This document shows positions 9,297-17,960 of a stretch of 64,000 nucleotides of DNA, piece by piece. The notes under the pieces were generated by a model. The model worked only from the letters and a program-made list of their open reading frames with translations. It was not told where the DNA came from and ran no database searches. This DNA comes from a bacterium (GTDB lineage Bacteria > Myxococcota_A > Bradymonadia > UBA7976 > UBA1532): the NCBI GenBank assembly GCA_030427205.1, contig JAUHXC010000036.1, positions 16,185 to 80,184 on the forward strand, written 5' to 3'. The translations under genes and the position numbers were made by a program. Positions within the stretch are counted from its first letter, which is position 1, and every line of letters begins with the position of its first letter.

Positions 9297-9820
9297 ACAT
9301 CGTCATCGGTGATTATCTCGACGATCTGACCCTCGATACGCAGCTCGAGCTCAACTTCCACCCCGAAGAGTTCCCGGTGCACTGGCGGCGGGCCGCGCTG
9401 ACCGCCGACTTCGCCGCGAGCTGGTTCGGCAACGTCGGCGACGGGGTGGCCGACGCGATCAGCTACGCGCTCAACGAGCTGGTGGAGAACGCCATCAAGT
9501 TCGGCACCGCCGGCCGGGTGGCGGTGATCGTGGGCCTCGCCGGCGACGAGCTGGTGATGCGGGTCTCCAACCGGCTGCCGCACAAGGACGTGCCCGCCCT
9601 GCGCGCGCTGCTCGAAGAGATGGTCAGCGAGGATCCGTGGGAGCTCATCGTCAAGCGGGTGGAGGCCAACGCCGCCGATCCGGAGAGCAGCCGCTCGGGG
9701 CTGGGATTTCTGACGCTGCTGACCGACTATGACGCCCGGCTCGGCTGGCGCGTGGCCCACGACACCGAGACCCACGCGTGCCTGCACACCCTCGTACGCC
9801 TCAAGACGAATGAAGGATGA
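9293..9820 (+). CDS. GHKL-fold Ser/Thr kinase/anti-sigma-like protein (Slr1658/SiaB-like)
   Basis: GTG overlapping the upstream stop (GTGA); N-box NELVENAIKF and G2-box SGLGFL. This is the C-terminal part of track ORF 7622..9820. Confidence 0.85.
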   Translation: MNIVIGDYLDDLTLDTQLELNFHPEEFPVHWRRAALTADFAASWFGNVGDGVADAISYALNELVENAIKFGTAGRVAVIVGLAGDELVMRVSNRLPHKDVPALRALLEEMVSEDPWELIVKRVEANAADPESSRSGLGFLTLLTDYDARLGWRVAHDTETHACLHTLVRLKTNEG

Positions 9821-9824
9821 CCCG

Positions 9825-10178
9825 ATGAGCAGCCCCCTGGAGATCAAGGACGCCGGTTACCGGGTCTGGTACGACGCCGCCCAGCAGACCGTGTGGTTCG
9901 AGGGCACCCTGCGCCTCAGCACCGGCGAGTTCGCCCCGATCTCGGGCCTGCTCACGACGGTCATCGAGGCGGCCCCCGCCGCGCTGACCCTCGACATGCG
10001 CGGGCTGCGCTTCCTCAACAGCTCGGGCATCAACATGCTCTACAAGTTCGCGATCTCGCTGCGAAAGCGCGGCGACATCCAGCTCGTCGTGCGCGCCGCG
10101 AAGGACATCGGCTGGCAGACGAAGTCGCTGCCCAACCTCAAGCGCTTCCTGCCGCGGGTCGAGATCGAGGTCGGCTGA
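9825..10178 (+). CDS. Stand-alone STAS/anti-anti-sigma-like protein (Slr1659-like)
   Basis: LDMRGLRFLNSSGI matches the STAS phosphoacceptor loop (D/N-S-S-G). ATG after AAGGA; alternative start 9810. Confidence 0.85.
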   Translation: MSSPLEIKDAGYRVWYDAAQQTVWFEGTLRLSTGEFAPISGLLTTVIEAAPAALTLDMRGLRFLNSSGINMLYKFAISLRKRGDIQLVVRAAKDIGWQTKSLPNLKRFLPRVEIEVG

Positions 10179-10229
10179 TCGCGGTCGGCCGATCGCGGTC
10201 GGCCGATCGAGGCCGCGCGGCCCCGGCGC

Positions 10230-13200
10230 TCAGTCGGGGCAGACGTCGGCGACGCCCGCCGGGCCCGGTGAGGCGGCCGCGCCGGCCAGGTTGCGCACGA
10301 ACTGGCCGATGACCGCCTCTTCGGCGGCGTCGGCGTAGCTGCCGCCGTTCATCAACAGCGTGCCGCCGCAGCGCGTCACCCGCAGCGTGCTGACGATCTC
10401 GCCGCCGACGGGGCTCTGGCTGGTGGTCACCACCCGCCCCGGCGGCTGCCCGTCGAAGCGCGGCCAGACGAAGTAGGCCGGGCCGCGCTGACCGACGATG
10501 GCCGCCGGCAGGCTGCGCACGATCGGATCACCCAGCCCGTCGGGCTGCACGTCGAAGCTCTGCAAGCCGTCGAGGCCGCCGCCGCCGACGGTCATCGGCA
10601 GCCAGCCCCAGGGGTCGGGCGCGCCGAGGCGCAGCGTGAAGTCGAGGTCGTAGCCGGTCGCGAGCAGCGCCGCGCCGTCGAACTCGGTGACCAGCGCGCC
10701 GCCGCCGCGCACGAACGCGTCGAGCGCCGGCTCGGCGTCGGCGGGCAGCGCGGCCCAGGCGTCCGACCAGCGGCCGAGGAAGATCACGTCGAAGCGGGCG
10801 AGGTCGCCGAGGTCGTCTGCGAGCAGCTCGACGGCGAAGCCGCTGTCGGCCAGCGGCGTCGCCAGCTGCGCCGGCCCCAGCAGGCCCACCCGGCCCAGCG
10901 GCGTCTGCCGCGGCGGCCGGACCCAGACCTGCCAGCCGGTCTCCTCGCCGACGGCGCCGGTGCCGCAGCGGGGCTCGCCGTCGAAGAGGCCCCACGCGGT
11001 CGGGCTGGCCGGCGCCTCGAGGCCGCGGCCGTCGAAGTCGACGGCGAAGTCGTCCATCGACCCGCAGGCGTCCTCGCCTTCGAGCCAGTCGCCGTCGGGG
11101 TGCAGCCGCCCCTGGCCCCGCGCCCGCACCGCGCCGGTGGACAGGTCGCGGCGGATGGCCGGCCGCTCGAGGGCGCCGGCCCCGTCGGCCTCGCTGAAGC
11201 AGCTGTCCCGGTCGGACCCGGCGGTGATCGTGCGGTACCAGGGCACGTCGTAGAAGACGATGTCCACCGCCGGGCCCTCGGCGTTCACCGCGCCGCAGGT
11301 GAAGCGGATGTCGTGGCGCAGCCCCAGCGGGCGCAGGCCCGGCCAGACGCCGCTGCGGGCCTCGGTGGGCAGCGGGCCCTGCAGATCGGTGTGCCACGCC
11401 GTGCGCTGGTCGGGCGGCGGCGCCCCGCGGCTGTTGGCCACCAGCGCCCAGCCGCCGCCGTCGGTGGCCATGTCGCACCACACGCTGTGCGGCGCGTCGT
11501 CGGGGTCCACCAACAGGTAGACGCCGGACTCGCCGCCCGCCCGCCGGGCGTCCTCGCAGCTGGGGTAGACCTCGCACGAGGCGACCTCGTCCACCGCGCC
11601 GTCGCAGTCGTTGTCGACGGCGTCGCACAGCTCGGCCGCCGGCGCGTCGGGCACGGCGTCGCAGCGCGCGCCGCCATTGTCGTCGCAGACCCACACCGCC
11701 TCGCGGGCGCAGCCGCCGACCCCGACGCTGCAGGGCTCGCCCAGCGGGAAGTCCTCGTCGGCGGCGCCGTCGCAGTCCTGGTCTTCGCCGTCGCAGAGCT
11801 CGTCGGTCGGCTGGCCGGGCTCGCCGACGCAGACCAGCGCGCCGCCGTCGCCGCAGGCCTGCCGGCCGTCCCGGGCGCAGAGCCCGATACCGATGGCGCA
11901 GCGCCGGCCGACGCCCTCGACCTCGTCGACGTCGCCGTCGCAGTCGTCATCGACGTCGTTGCACACCTCGACCTGCCGCTCGCCCGGCACGGCGCCGCAC
12001 GTCAGGCCGCCGTTGCCGTCGCAGACGAACTCGCCCCGGGCGCGGCAGGCGCCGACGCCCACCTCGCACGCCGCGCCGAGCGGAAACTCCTCGTCGACGG
12101 CCCCGTCGCAGTCGTTGTCGAGCATGTCGCAGCGCTCGTCCTGCGCCTCGCCGGCCACCGCGTCGCAGACCAGACGCTCGTCGGCGCAGACCCGCTGCCC
12201 CTCGGTCTGGCACTCGCCGATACCGGCCGAGCACGGGCTGCCCACCGCGAAGCCCTCGTCGGTGGTGCCGTCGCAGTCGTCGTCGATGCCGTTGCACACC
12301 TCCCGCACCGGCGCCCCCGGCTCGGCGGAGCAGACCGCCGGCCCGTCGTCGCCGCAGATGCCTTCGCCGACCCGCAGGCAGGCGCCGACGCCCACCTCGC
12401 ACGGGTCGCCGACCAGCAGCCCTTCGTCGGGCGCGCCGTCGCAGTCGTCGTCGACGCCGTTGCACACCTCGTCCCGCGGGTCGCCGGGCACCGCGCCGCA
12501 GACCACCGTGTCGCGCGGTCCGCAGACGGTCACCCCGTCGGTGCGGCAGGCGCCCTCGCCCTCTTCGCACGGCTCGCCGAGCGCGAAGCCCTCGTCGATC
12601 AGGCCGTCGCAGTCGTCGTCGCCGCCGTTGCACGCCTCGTCCTGCCGCGGCTGCTCGTCGAGCGCGCCGTCGCAGTCGTCGTCGAGCCCGTTGCAGACCT
12701 CGGCCGTGGGCGCGCCGGGGGTCGCGTCGCACGCCCCCACGCCGTCGATGCAGCGGATGGTGCCTTCGCGGGCGCAGCCGCCGTCGCCCGCGGTGCACAG
12801 CGCGCCGACGCCGAAGACCTCGTCGACCGCGCCATCGCAGTCGTCGTCGAGCCCGTTGCAGACCTCGTCGGTGGCCGGGGTATCCGGGGCGCAGACCGGC
12901 GCGCCGGCCTCGCAGATCCGACGCCCGGCCGCGCAGACCCCCGGCAGCCCGGTGCCGCACGCCCGCCCCACGTCGGTGGGCATCTCGTCCACCGGGCCGT
13001 CGCAGTCGTCGTCGACGCCGTTGCAGACCTCTTCGCCGGGCAGGCCCGCCTCGGCGCCGCACACCATGCGCCCGCCCTGGCACAGCGCCTGCCCGTCGGA
13101 GCGGCAGGCGCCGGCGCCCGCGACGCACGGGGTCGGCGCGATGTCTTCGTCGGTGGCCCCGTCGCAGTCGTCGTCGACGCCGTTGCACATCTCGGGGGGC

Positions 13201-13598
13201 ATCTCTCCGGCGATGGGCGTGCAGACCAGCCGCATCGTCGGGCCGTCGCAGCGGCGGATCCCGGGCGCCCGGCAGGTGCCGCGGATGAACTCGCACTCGT
13301 CGCCGACGCCCTCGACGTCTTCGTCGATGCGCCCGTCGCAGTCCTGGTCGGCGTCGTCGCAGACCTCCGGATCGGCCGCGCACGGTTCGAAGACGCCGTC
13401 GACGCACCGCTGGCTGCCGGTGCAGCCGTCTTCGACGACGCACGGCCGGCTCTGCCCCGCGCGGCACGGCGGATCACCCATCGCGTCGGGTCCTTCGTCG
13501 ACGACCGGCGCGCCGCCGTCGGCCGCGGGGCCCTGATCGGGCTCGCAGGCGACGAGCGCCACGCCCAGTATCAAGGCGATTCGGAGCGGATGGTCCAC
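10230..13598 (-). CDS. Large Cys-rich lipoprotein: 12 MopE-like metal-binding repeats, fibrinogen-related module, alpha/beta C-terminal domain
   Basis: Lipobox LVAC; 12 copies of E-x-C-[ND]-x-x-D-x-D-C-D-G-x-x-D-E; PSCEDARRAG...SGVY...VWCDMATDGGGWALV. Confidence 0.85.
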   Translation of the reverse strand: MDHPLRIALILGVALVACEPDQGPAADGGAPVVDEGPDAMGDPPCRAGQSRPCVVEDGCTGSQRCVDGVFEPCAADPEVCDDADQDCDGRIDEDVEGVGDECEFIRGTCRAPGIRRCDGPTMRLVCTPIAGEMPPEMCNGVDDDCDGATDEDIAPTPCVAGAGACRSDGQALCQGGRMVCGAEAGLPGEEVCNGVDDDCDGPVDEMPTDVGRACGTGLPGVCAAGRRICEAGAPVCAPDTPATDEVCNGLDDDCDGAVDEVFGVGALCTAGDGGCAREGTIRCIDGVGACDATPGAPTAEVCNGLDDDCDGALDEQPRQDEACNGGDDDCDGLIDEGFALGEPCEEGEGACRTDGVTVCGPRDTVVCGAVPGDPRDEVCNGVDDDCDGAPDEGLLVGDPCEVGVGACLRVGEGICGDDGPAVCSAEPGAPVREVCNGIDDDCDGTTDEGFAVGSPCSAGIGECQTEGQRVCADERLVCDAVAGEAQDERCDMLDNDCDGAVDEEFPLGAACEVGVGACRARGEFVCDGNGGLTCGAVPGERQVEVCNDVDDDCDGDVDEVEGVGRRCAIGIGLCARDGRQACGDGGALVCVGEPGQPTDELCDGEDQDCDGAADEDFPLGEPCSVGVGGCAREAVWVCDDNGGARCDAVPDAPAAELCDAVDNDCDGAVDEVASCEVYPSCEDARRAGGESGVYLLVDPDDAPHSVWCDMATDGGGWALVANSRGAPPPDQRTAWHTDLQGPLPTEARSGVWPGLRPLGLRHDIRFTCGAVNAEGPAVDIVFYDVPWYRTITAGSDRDSCFSEADGAGALERPAIRRDLSTGAVRARGQGRLHPDGDWLEGEDACGSMDDFAVDFDGRGLEAPASPTAWGLFDGEPRCGTGAVGEETGWQVWVRPPRQTPLGRVGLLGPAQLATPLADSGFAVELLADDLGDLARFDVIFLGRWSDAWAALPADAEPALDAFVRGGGALVTEFDGAALLATGYDLDFTLRLGAPDPWGWLPMTVGGGGLDGLQSFDVQPDGLGDPIVRSLPAAIVGQRGPAYFVWPRFDGQPPGRVVTTSQSPVGGEIVSTLRVTRCGGTLLMNGGSYADAAEEAVIGQFVRNLAGAAASPGPAGVADVCPD

Positions 13599-13717
13599 GC
13601 CTCGAAGATGGATCGGTTCGTACATTTCGGTCAAAGAATTACACACATGGTGACATTGTCGGGGGTGTCAGGGTGCGCCATGGGCCGCCCGCCGCTGCCC
13701 GCCTGCGTCCGCAGTCG

Positions 13718-16700
13718 TCACGAACGCGCCCGCCTGCGCGCACCTCGTCCCGCATAGAACCACAGCCCGAAGCGGCGGTCGACCATGGCGCTCGCCTCCC
13801 GATCGTCGGGCACCGGCAGGCTGTCGGGGTCGCGCACCGGGCCGAAGCGGTCGGCGGTGCGATCCCGCGGCGGCCACCACAGGCGGGCCTCGGGGTTGCG
13901 GCTGCGGTCGTCGCGCCAGCGCATCACCGCCTCGATGGGCAGGCGGTAGTCGTGGCGCGCGTCGAGCAGCTCGGCGACCACCGTGGTCAGCCACTCCAGC
14001 GCGACCCGGGTCGGCGGCACGAAGTAGAAGCGCTCGAGCCGCGGCGCGGGCGCGCGGGCCCGGCCGGTGACCACCACCCGCACGATCTCGCCCGGCGGCA
14101 TGCCCACCGCCGCCAGCGCCACCGCGCCGAGGAAGCCGGGCAGGAAGTGCTTCTCGTCGGGCATCGCCGCCTCGAGGCAGCGCAGGGTCGTGCGCCGATC
14201 GGGGGCGAGGTGGGGCAGGGTGCCGTGCAGCTCGACCGCCCGCCGCCGCCCGCCGGCCAGCGGCACGTCGAGGCGAATGGGCGGCAGCGCGTCGTCGATG
14301 TCGACGAACTCACCGCCCCGCCCCAGGCGCACGACGCGCCAGGTCTGCAGCGGCGGCAGCTCGAGCGGCTCGAGGTTGGCCCGCCAGGTCTCGAGCACCT
14401 CCAGGTCGCGGGCCCGGCGCACGTCGGCGAACAAGCCCACCGGGGCCTGCCCGGCCAGCGCCCGCCGGTGGAAGCCCTCGGCGTAGGCCGCCGCCACCGC
14501 GTCGGCGTCGCCCGCGCCGCGCCAGAACGCCGTCTGCAGGAGGTCGCTGCGCGCCCGGCGGTCCATGGCCAGCGGCTCGTCGGGGGCCTCTTCGAAGTCG
14601 GGGGTCGGGTTCTCGGCGAGGCCGAGCACGAAGCGGGCCCAGGCCTGCAGCGGCGACTCGAGGAAGCGCTGCACCGCGTACAGCGGCAGCCGCAGGGCGT
14701 CTTCGGCGTCGTCTTCGGCGCCGTCGGCCACCGCGAGCACCTGCGAGAGCGCGTGGTCGGTCTGCGGGTCGAGGGAGGCCCGCAGCGCGCTCAGGCCGGG
14801 CAGGGTGCCGCCGGTGTGCTGCTGCAGGTGCGCCCGCAGCTCGCGGATGCGCGCCGCCCGCCGCGCCTCGATGCCGATCGGGGCCAGCGGCTCGCTGGTG
14901 ATGTCGCTGTCGAGCGCCGCCGCCGAGGGGTCGTAATCGGCCAGCGGATAGTGCTTGGTCATGGCGCCCAGCGCCGCCGGCCCCACGTAGCCCCGCAGGA
15001 TGTACTGCAGCTCGCGCACGACGGGCGAGGGCTCGAGCGGCTCGCCGGTGGCCCCGTCGCGGGCCACGTACGACAGGAAGAGGTGCTGCCGCGCCGCCAG
15101 CAGCGTCTCGAGGAAGAGGTAGCGGTCGCGCTCCGGCGGGCTGACGTCGCCCGCCCGTCGGCGGGCGCGGCGCAGGTCGAGCGGGTTCTGCCGCTCGGGC
15201 GCGGGGAACTGCCCCTCGCCGAGCCCCAGCACGACGACCACCTCGAACGGGATCGCGCGCATCGGCAGCAGCGACGAGACCACCACCCCGTCGGCCTGAT
15301 GCTGCCCGCGCCAGCCCTCCAGCGCGCGCAGCTGCAGCCGGGCCATCTCCCGGGCGACCGCGAAGCCGACCACCTGCCCCTCGAGGTCGGCGGCGCGCAG
15401 CGTCTCGAACGCGCGCAGGCAGGCCCCGAGCGCGACCTCGTCGCCGACGCCGTCGGCGTGCACGTAGGTGGTCACCAGCCGATGCAGGTAGATCGCCCAG
15501 TCGGTCAGGCTCATCTCGGCGTGCGCGCTCGCCCGGGCGTCGGCCACCAGCCGCCGCACCAGGGCCGTCAGCCGCGCCACGTCGCCCAGGCCGTCGGCCG
15601 GGGTCTCCAGCGGCAGCCACGAGCCGCCGGCGGCCTCGAAGATGCGGTCGTCGCCGCTGCGCTCGCCGGTGCAGAACGCGCCCAGCACCAGCCGCCGCAG
15701 CGCTTGATCCCAGTTGTAGACGTCCTCTTCGATGTAGGTCTCGGCCAGATCGGTGCGGTCGGCGCCGAAGACGATACCCAGCCGCTCGCACCAGCCGCGC
15801 CAGCGCTGCACGTCCTCGGCGACCGCGCCGCCGATGGCCGGGTGGGTCAGGACCCCCATCACCTCGTCGAAGCCGAACTCGCCCAGCGGCAGGTCGAGCA
15901 GGCGCTCGATGGCCTCGACCACCCGGCTCTGGCCGGCGAGGCTGCGGTCGATGATGTTGAACGGCAGGCGGTGCCGCTCGCGGAAGATGCTCTCGATGTG
16001 GGTCAGGTAGGCCTCGCGGTCCTTGTCGGTGACCATGACCGCGATCTGGTGGAAGCGCAGCGGCGCGGCCGGGTCGCCGGTCTGCGCGTCGCGGTTGACG
16101 AGCTGCCAGATCAGATCGGCGCAGATCTCGACCTCGCGGCGCAGGTTGGGCGCGGCGATGAAGCGCAGGCTCTCGTCGGCCGCGCCGTCGCTCGACCGCT
16201 CGCGCTCGGGGGCCCGCACCAGGATGTCGCGCTGCACCCGCTGCAGGAGCGTACGCTCGGGCCCCGGCGCCGGGTCGACGAAGCCGGCGGCGAACTCGCA
16301 CTTCGCCAGCTCGTTGAGCAGCCGGATGAACGCCCGCCCCGGCCGGCCCCACAGCCGCAGCGCGGGGGTATCGCCGCTGCGGTCGAGCCCGAACGGGTCG
16401 GGCGCGTCGAGCGCGGTCTGCCGGGCGGCGTCGGCGCTGTCGGTATCACTCTCAGCGTCGCTCTCGGCGTCGGTCAGCCGCTCGCCGCGCCGGGCCCAGC
16501 CGCCGCGCCCGCTCTCGGCGGCCAGGGTGCGCAGGCCGGTGGCGTCGATGTCCTCCCAGAACTCGAGGCAGGGGTTGATGGCGTAGACGCACAGGTCGGT
16601 GCGCTCGGCGAGCAGGCCGAAGACCTCGGCGAAGGCCGGGGCGACGTACGACAGCCCGAAGACGTGCAGCTGCCCCGGCAGGCTGAGGCGGTGCTGCAGC

Positions 16701-17368
16701 GAGAAGACCGCGTCGATGAGCATCATCCAGCGGGTGGCCCGCGGCGGCGCGGCGAAGAGCGACATCTGGCCCGGATCGGCCAGGCCCGGATCGGCCGGCG
16801 CGACGGGCGCCACCCGGGCCCGGGCCCGCTCGTCGAACAGCGCCCACCACAGCCGCCGCTGCCAGTGCTCGGCGCGGGCGTAGTCGGTGGATGCCAGCGC
16901 CGGTCCGTCGCGCCAGCGGCGCAGCATCGGGCGTCGGGAGAAGCTGTACTCCTCGAACAGTCGGGCCACCTCGCCGCCGAGCTGCAGCGCGCGCAGGTCG
17001 TGCTCCACCTCGTCGTGGGCCACCTCGAGGTAGCTCTGCACCGCGTCGAGCCGCTCTTCGGCGACGAAGGCCGGGTCGCGCAGCCGCTTGAAGAGCAGCA
17101 GGTGCAGCGCCTCGCGGTCGAGGATACGCACCCGCGGGTCGGCGGCCATGCAGCGCTGCGCGAGGAACCCGCGCAGCAGCGAGAAGCGCAGGTTGGCCGC
17201 GACGCCCAGCTGCTCCGCGATGCGGAAGCGCACGAACTGTTCGACCGCCCGGTTGGGCACCACCAGCTCGATGGGGGTCAGCGGGTCGGCGTCCTGCGCG
17301 GCTTCGATGCGCGCGGCGAGCGGGGCGACCAGCACGTCGAGCCGGTTGGAGTAGGTCAGGTGCAGCAC
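13718..17368 (-). CDS. recC: Exodeoxyribonuclease V gamma subunit
   Basis: N-terminus MLHLTYSNRLDVL; VVPN, HVFGLS, NPCLEFWED, LWGRPGR, TLLQRVQRDIL, RREVE, PMRAIPF, DRYLFLETLLAAR; 1216 aa. Confidence 0.9.
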   Translation of the reverse strand: MLHLTYSNRLDVLVAPLAARIEAAQDADPLTPIELVVPNRAVEQFVRFRIAEQLGVAANLRFSLLRGFLAQRCMAADPRVRILDREALHLLLFKRLRDPAFVAEERLDAVQSYLEVAHDEVEHDLRALQLGGEVARLFEEYSFSRRPMLRRWRDGPALASTDYARAEHWQRRLWWALFDERARARVAPVAPADPGLADPGQMSLFAAPPRATRWMMLIDAVFSLQHRLSLPGQLHVFGLSYVAPAFAEVFGLLAERTDLCVYAINPCLEFWEDIDATGLRTLAAESGRGGWARRGERLTDAESDAESDTDSADAARQTALDAPDPFGLDRSGDTPALRLWGRPGRAFIRLLNELAKCEFAAGFVDPAPGPERTLLQRVQRDILVRAPERERSSDGAADESLRFIAAPNLRREVEICADLIWQLVNRDAQTGDPAAPLRFHQIAVMVTDKDREAYLTHIESIFRERHRLPFNIIDRSLAGQSRVVEAIERLLDLPLGEFGFDEVMGVLTHPAIGGAVAEDVQRWRGWCERLGIVFGADRTDLAETYIEEDVYNWDQALRRLVLGAFCTGERSGDDRIFEAAGGSWLPLETPADGLGDVARLTALVRRLVADARASAHAEMSLTDWAIYLHRLVTTYVHADGVGDEVALGACLRAFETLRAADLEGQVVGFAVAREMARLQLRALEGWRGQHQADGVVVSSLLPMRAIPFEVVVVLGLGEGQFPAPERQNPLDLRRARRRAGDVSPPERDRYLFLETLLAARQHLFLSYVARDGATGEPLEPSPVVRELQYILRGYVGPAALGAMTKHYPLADYDPSAAALDSDITSEPLAPIGIEARRAARIRELRAHLQQHTGGTLPGLSALRASLDPQTDHALSQVLAVADGAEDDAEDALRLPLYAVQRFLESPLQAWARFVLGLAENPTPDFEEAPDEPLAMDRRARSDLLQTAFWRGAGDADAVAAAYAEGFHRRALAGQAPVGLFADVRRARDLEVLETWRANLEPLELPPLQTWRVVRLGRGGEFVDIDDALPPIRLDVPLAGGRRRAVELHGTLPHLAPDRRTTLRCLEAAMPDEKHFLPGFLGAVALAAVGMPPGEIVRVVVTGRARAPAPRLERFYFVPPTRVALEWLTTVVAELLDARHDYRLPIEAVMRWRDDRSRNPEARLWWPPRDRTADRFGPVRDPDSLPVPDDREASAMVDRRFGLWFYAGRGARRRARS

Positions 17369-17475
17369 CGCATCGGTTTCACATACCGCCGCGGTCCAGA
17401 CAAGGGCGCTGCGGACGCCGCAGACGACGGCAGCGCCGCGGTGACACCTGTCGCCCCCGTGGTATCTGTCGGGGT

Positions 17476-17943
17476 ATGCGTTTGAACTGCCTGCTCGTAC
17501 TCGCCCTCGTCGTACCGCTCGCCGGCTGCGGCCGCACCGCCCTGGTCACGACCCGCGACATGCGGGTGCACGAGGGTGTGCTCGTCGACGGCAGCGGCGA
17601 CGCGCTGCGGATCGACCCGGTCGGCGCGCCGGCTCATGACATCCCGCGGGCCGACATCGTCGAGATCGACCACCCGGGCAACGTGGCGCTCACCTTCGGC
17701 CTCGGCGCCAGCGCAGTCGGTGGCGGTCTGATGGTCCTGGGCGCCGTCGCCGCGACCTCCTCTGACGGGCTGGGTTTTCTCGGCGGCCTGGGGGGTCTCG
17801 CCGTCGGCGCCGGCTGGCTGGGGCTGGGCCTGCCGCTCGCGATCGGGGGCTACGAGCGCTGGACGACTTCGACGGGCGTCGTGCAGCAGCGGGCGCGGGT
17901 CTCGGTCGAGCTGGTCCCCACCGGACTTCGGGGGCGGTTCTGA
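17476..17943 (+). CDS. Small lipoprotein with a Gly-rich hydrophobic hairpin
   Basis: Lipobox LAGC; two Gly-rich hydrophobic segments; ends GLRGRF. Confidence 0.7.
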   Translation: MRLNCLLVLALVVPLAGCGRTALVTTRDMRVHEGVLVDGSGDALRIDPVGAPAHDIPRADIVEIDHPGNVALTFGLGASAVGGGLMVLGAVAATSSDGLGFLGGLGGLAVGAGWLGLGLPLAIGGYERWTTSTGVVQQRARVSVELVPTGLRGRF

Positions 17944-17960
17944 GCCGGAGCGCCTGAGCC

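Noticed and set aside
10177..10208. 14-bp direct repeat GATCGCGGTCGGCC between convergent genes
   Set aside because: Only about two copies, no U-tract, not noticed elsewhere; not supportable as a terminator or REP.
11590..13360. Regularly spaced CCGTCGCAGTCGTCGTCG motifs as a possible array
   Set aside because: Reverse complement of the DDDCDG peptide repeat in 10230..13598.
13673..17485. Very long antisense or alternative-frame ORFs (for example 13673..17485 +, 5253..9170 -, 11100..13757 +, 44870..47980 -, 42457..45102 -)
   Set aside because: Shadow ORFs expected from high GC3; no motifs, and they mirror well-supported genes.
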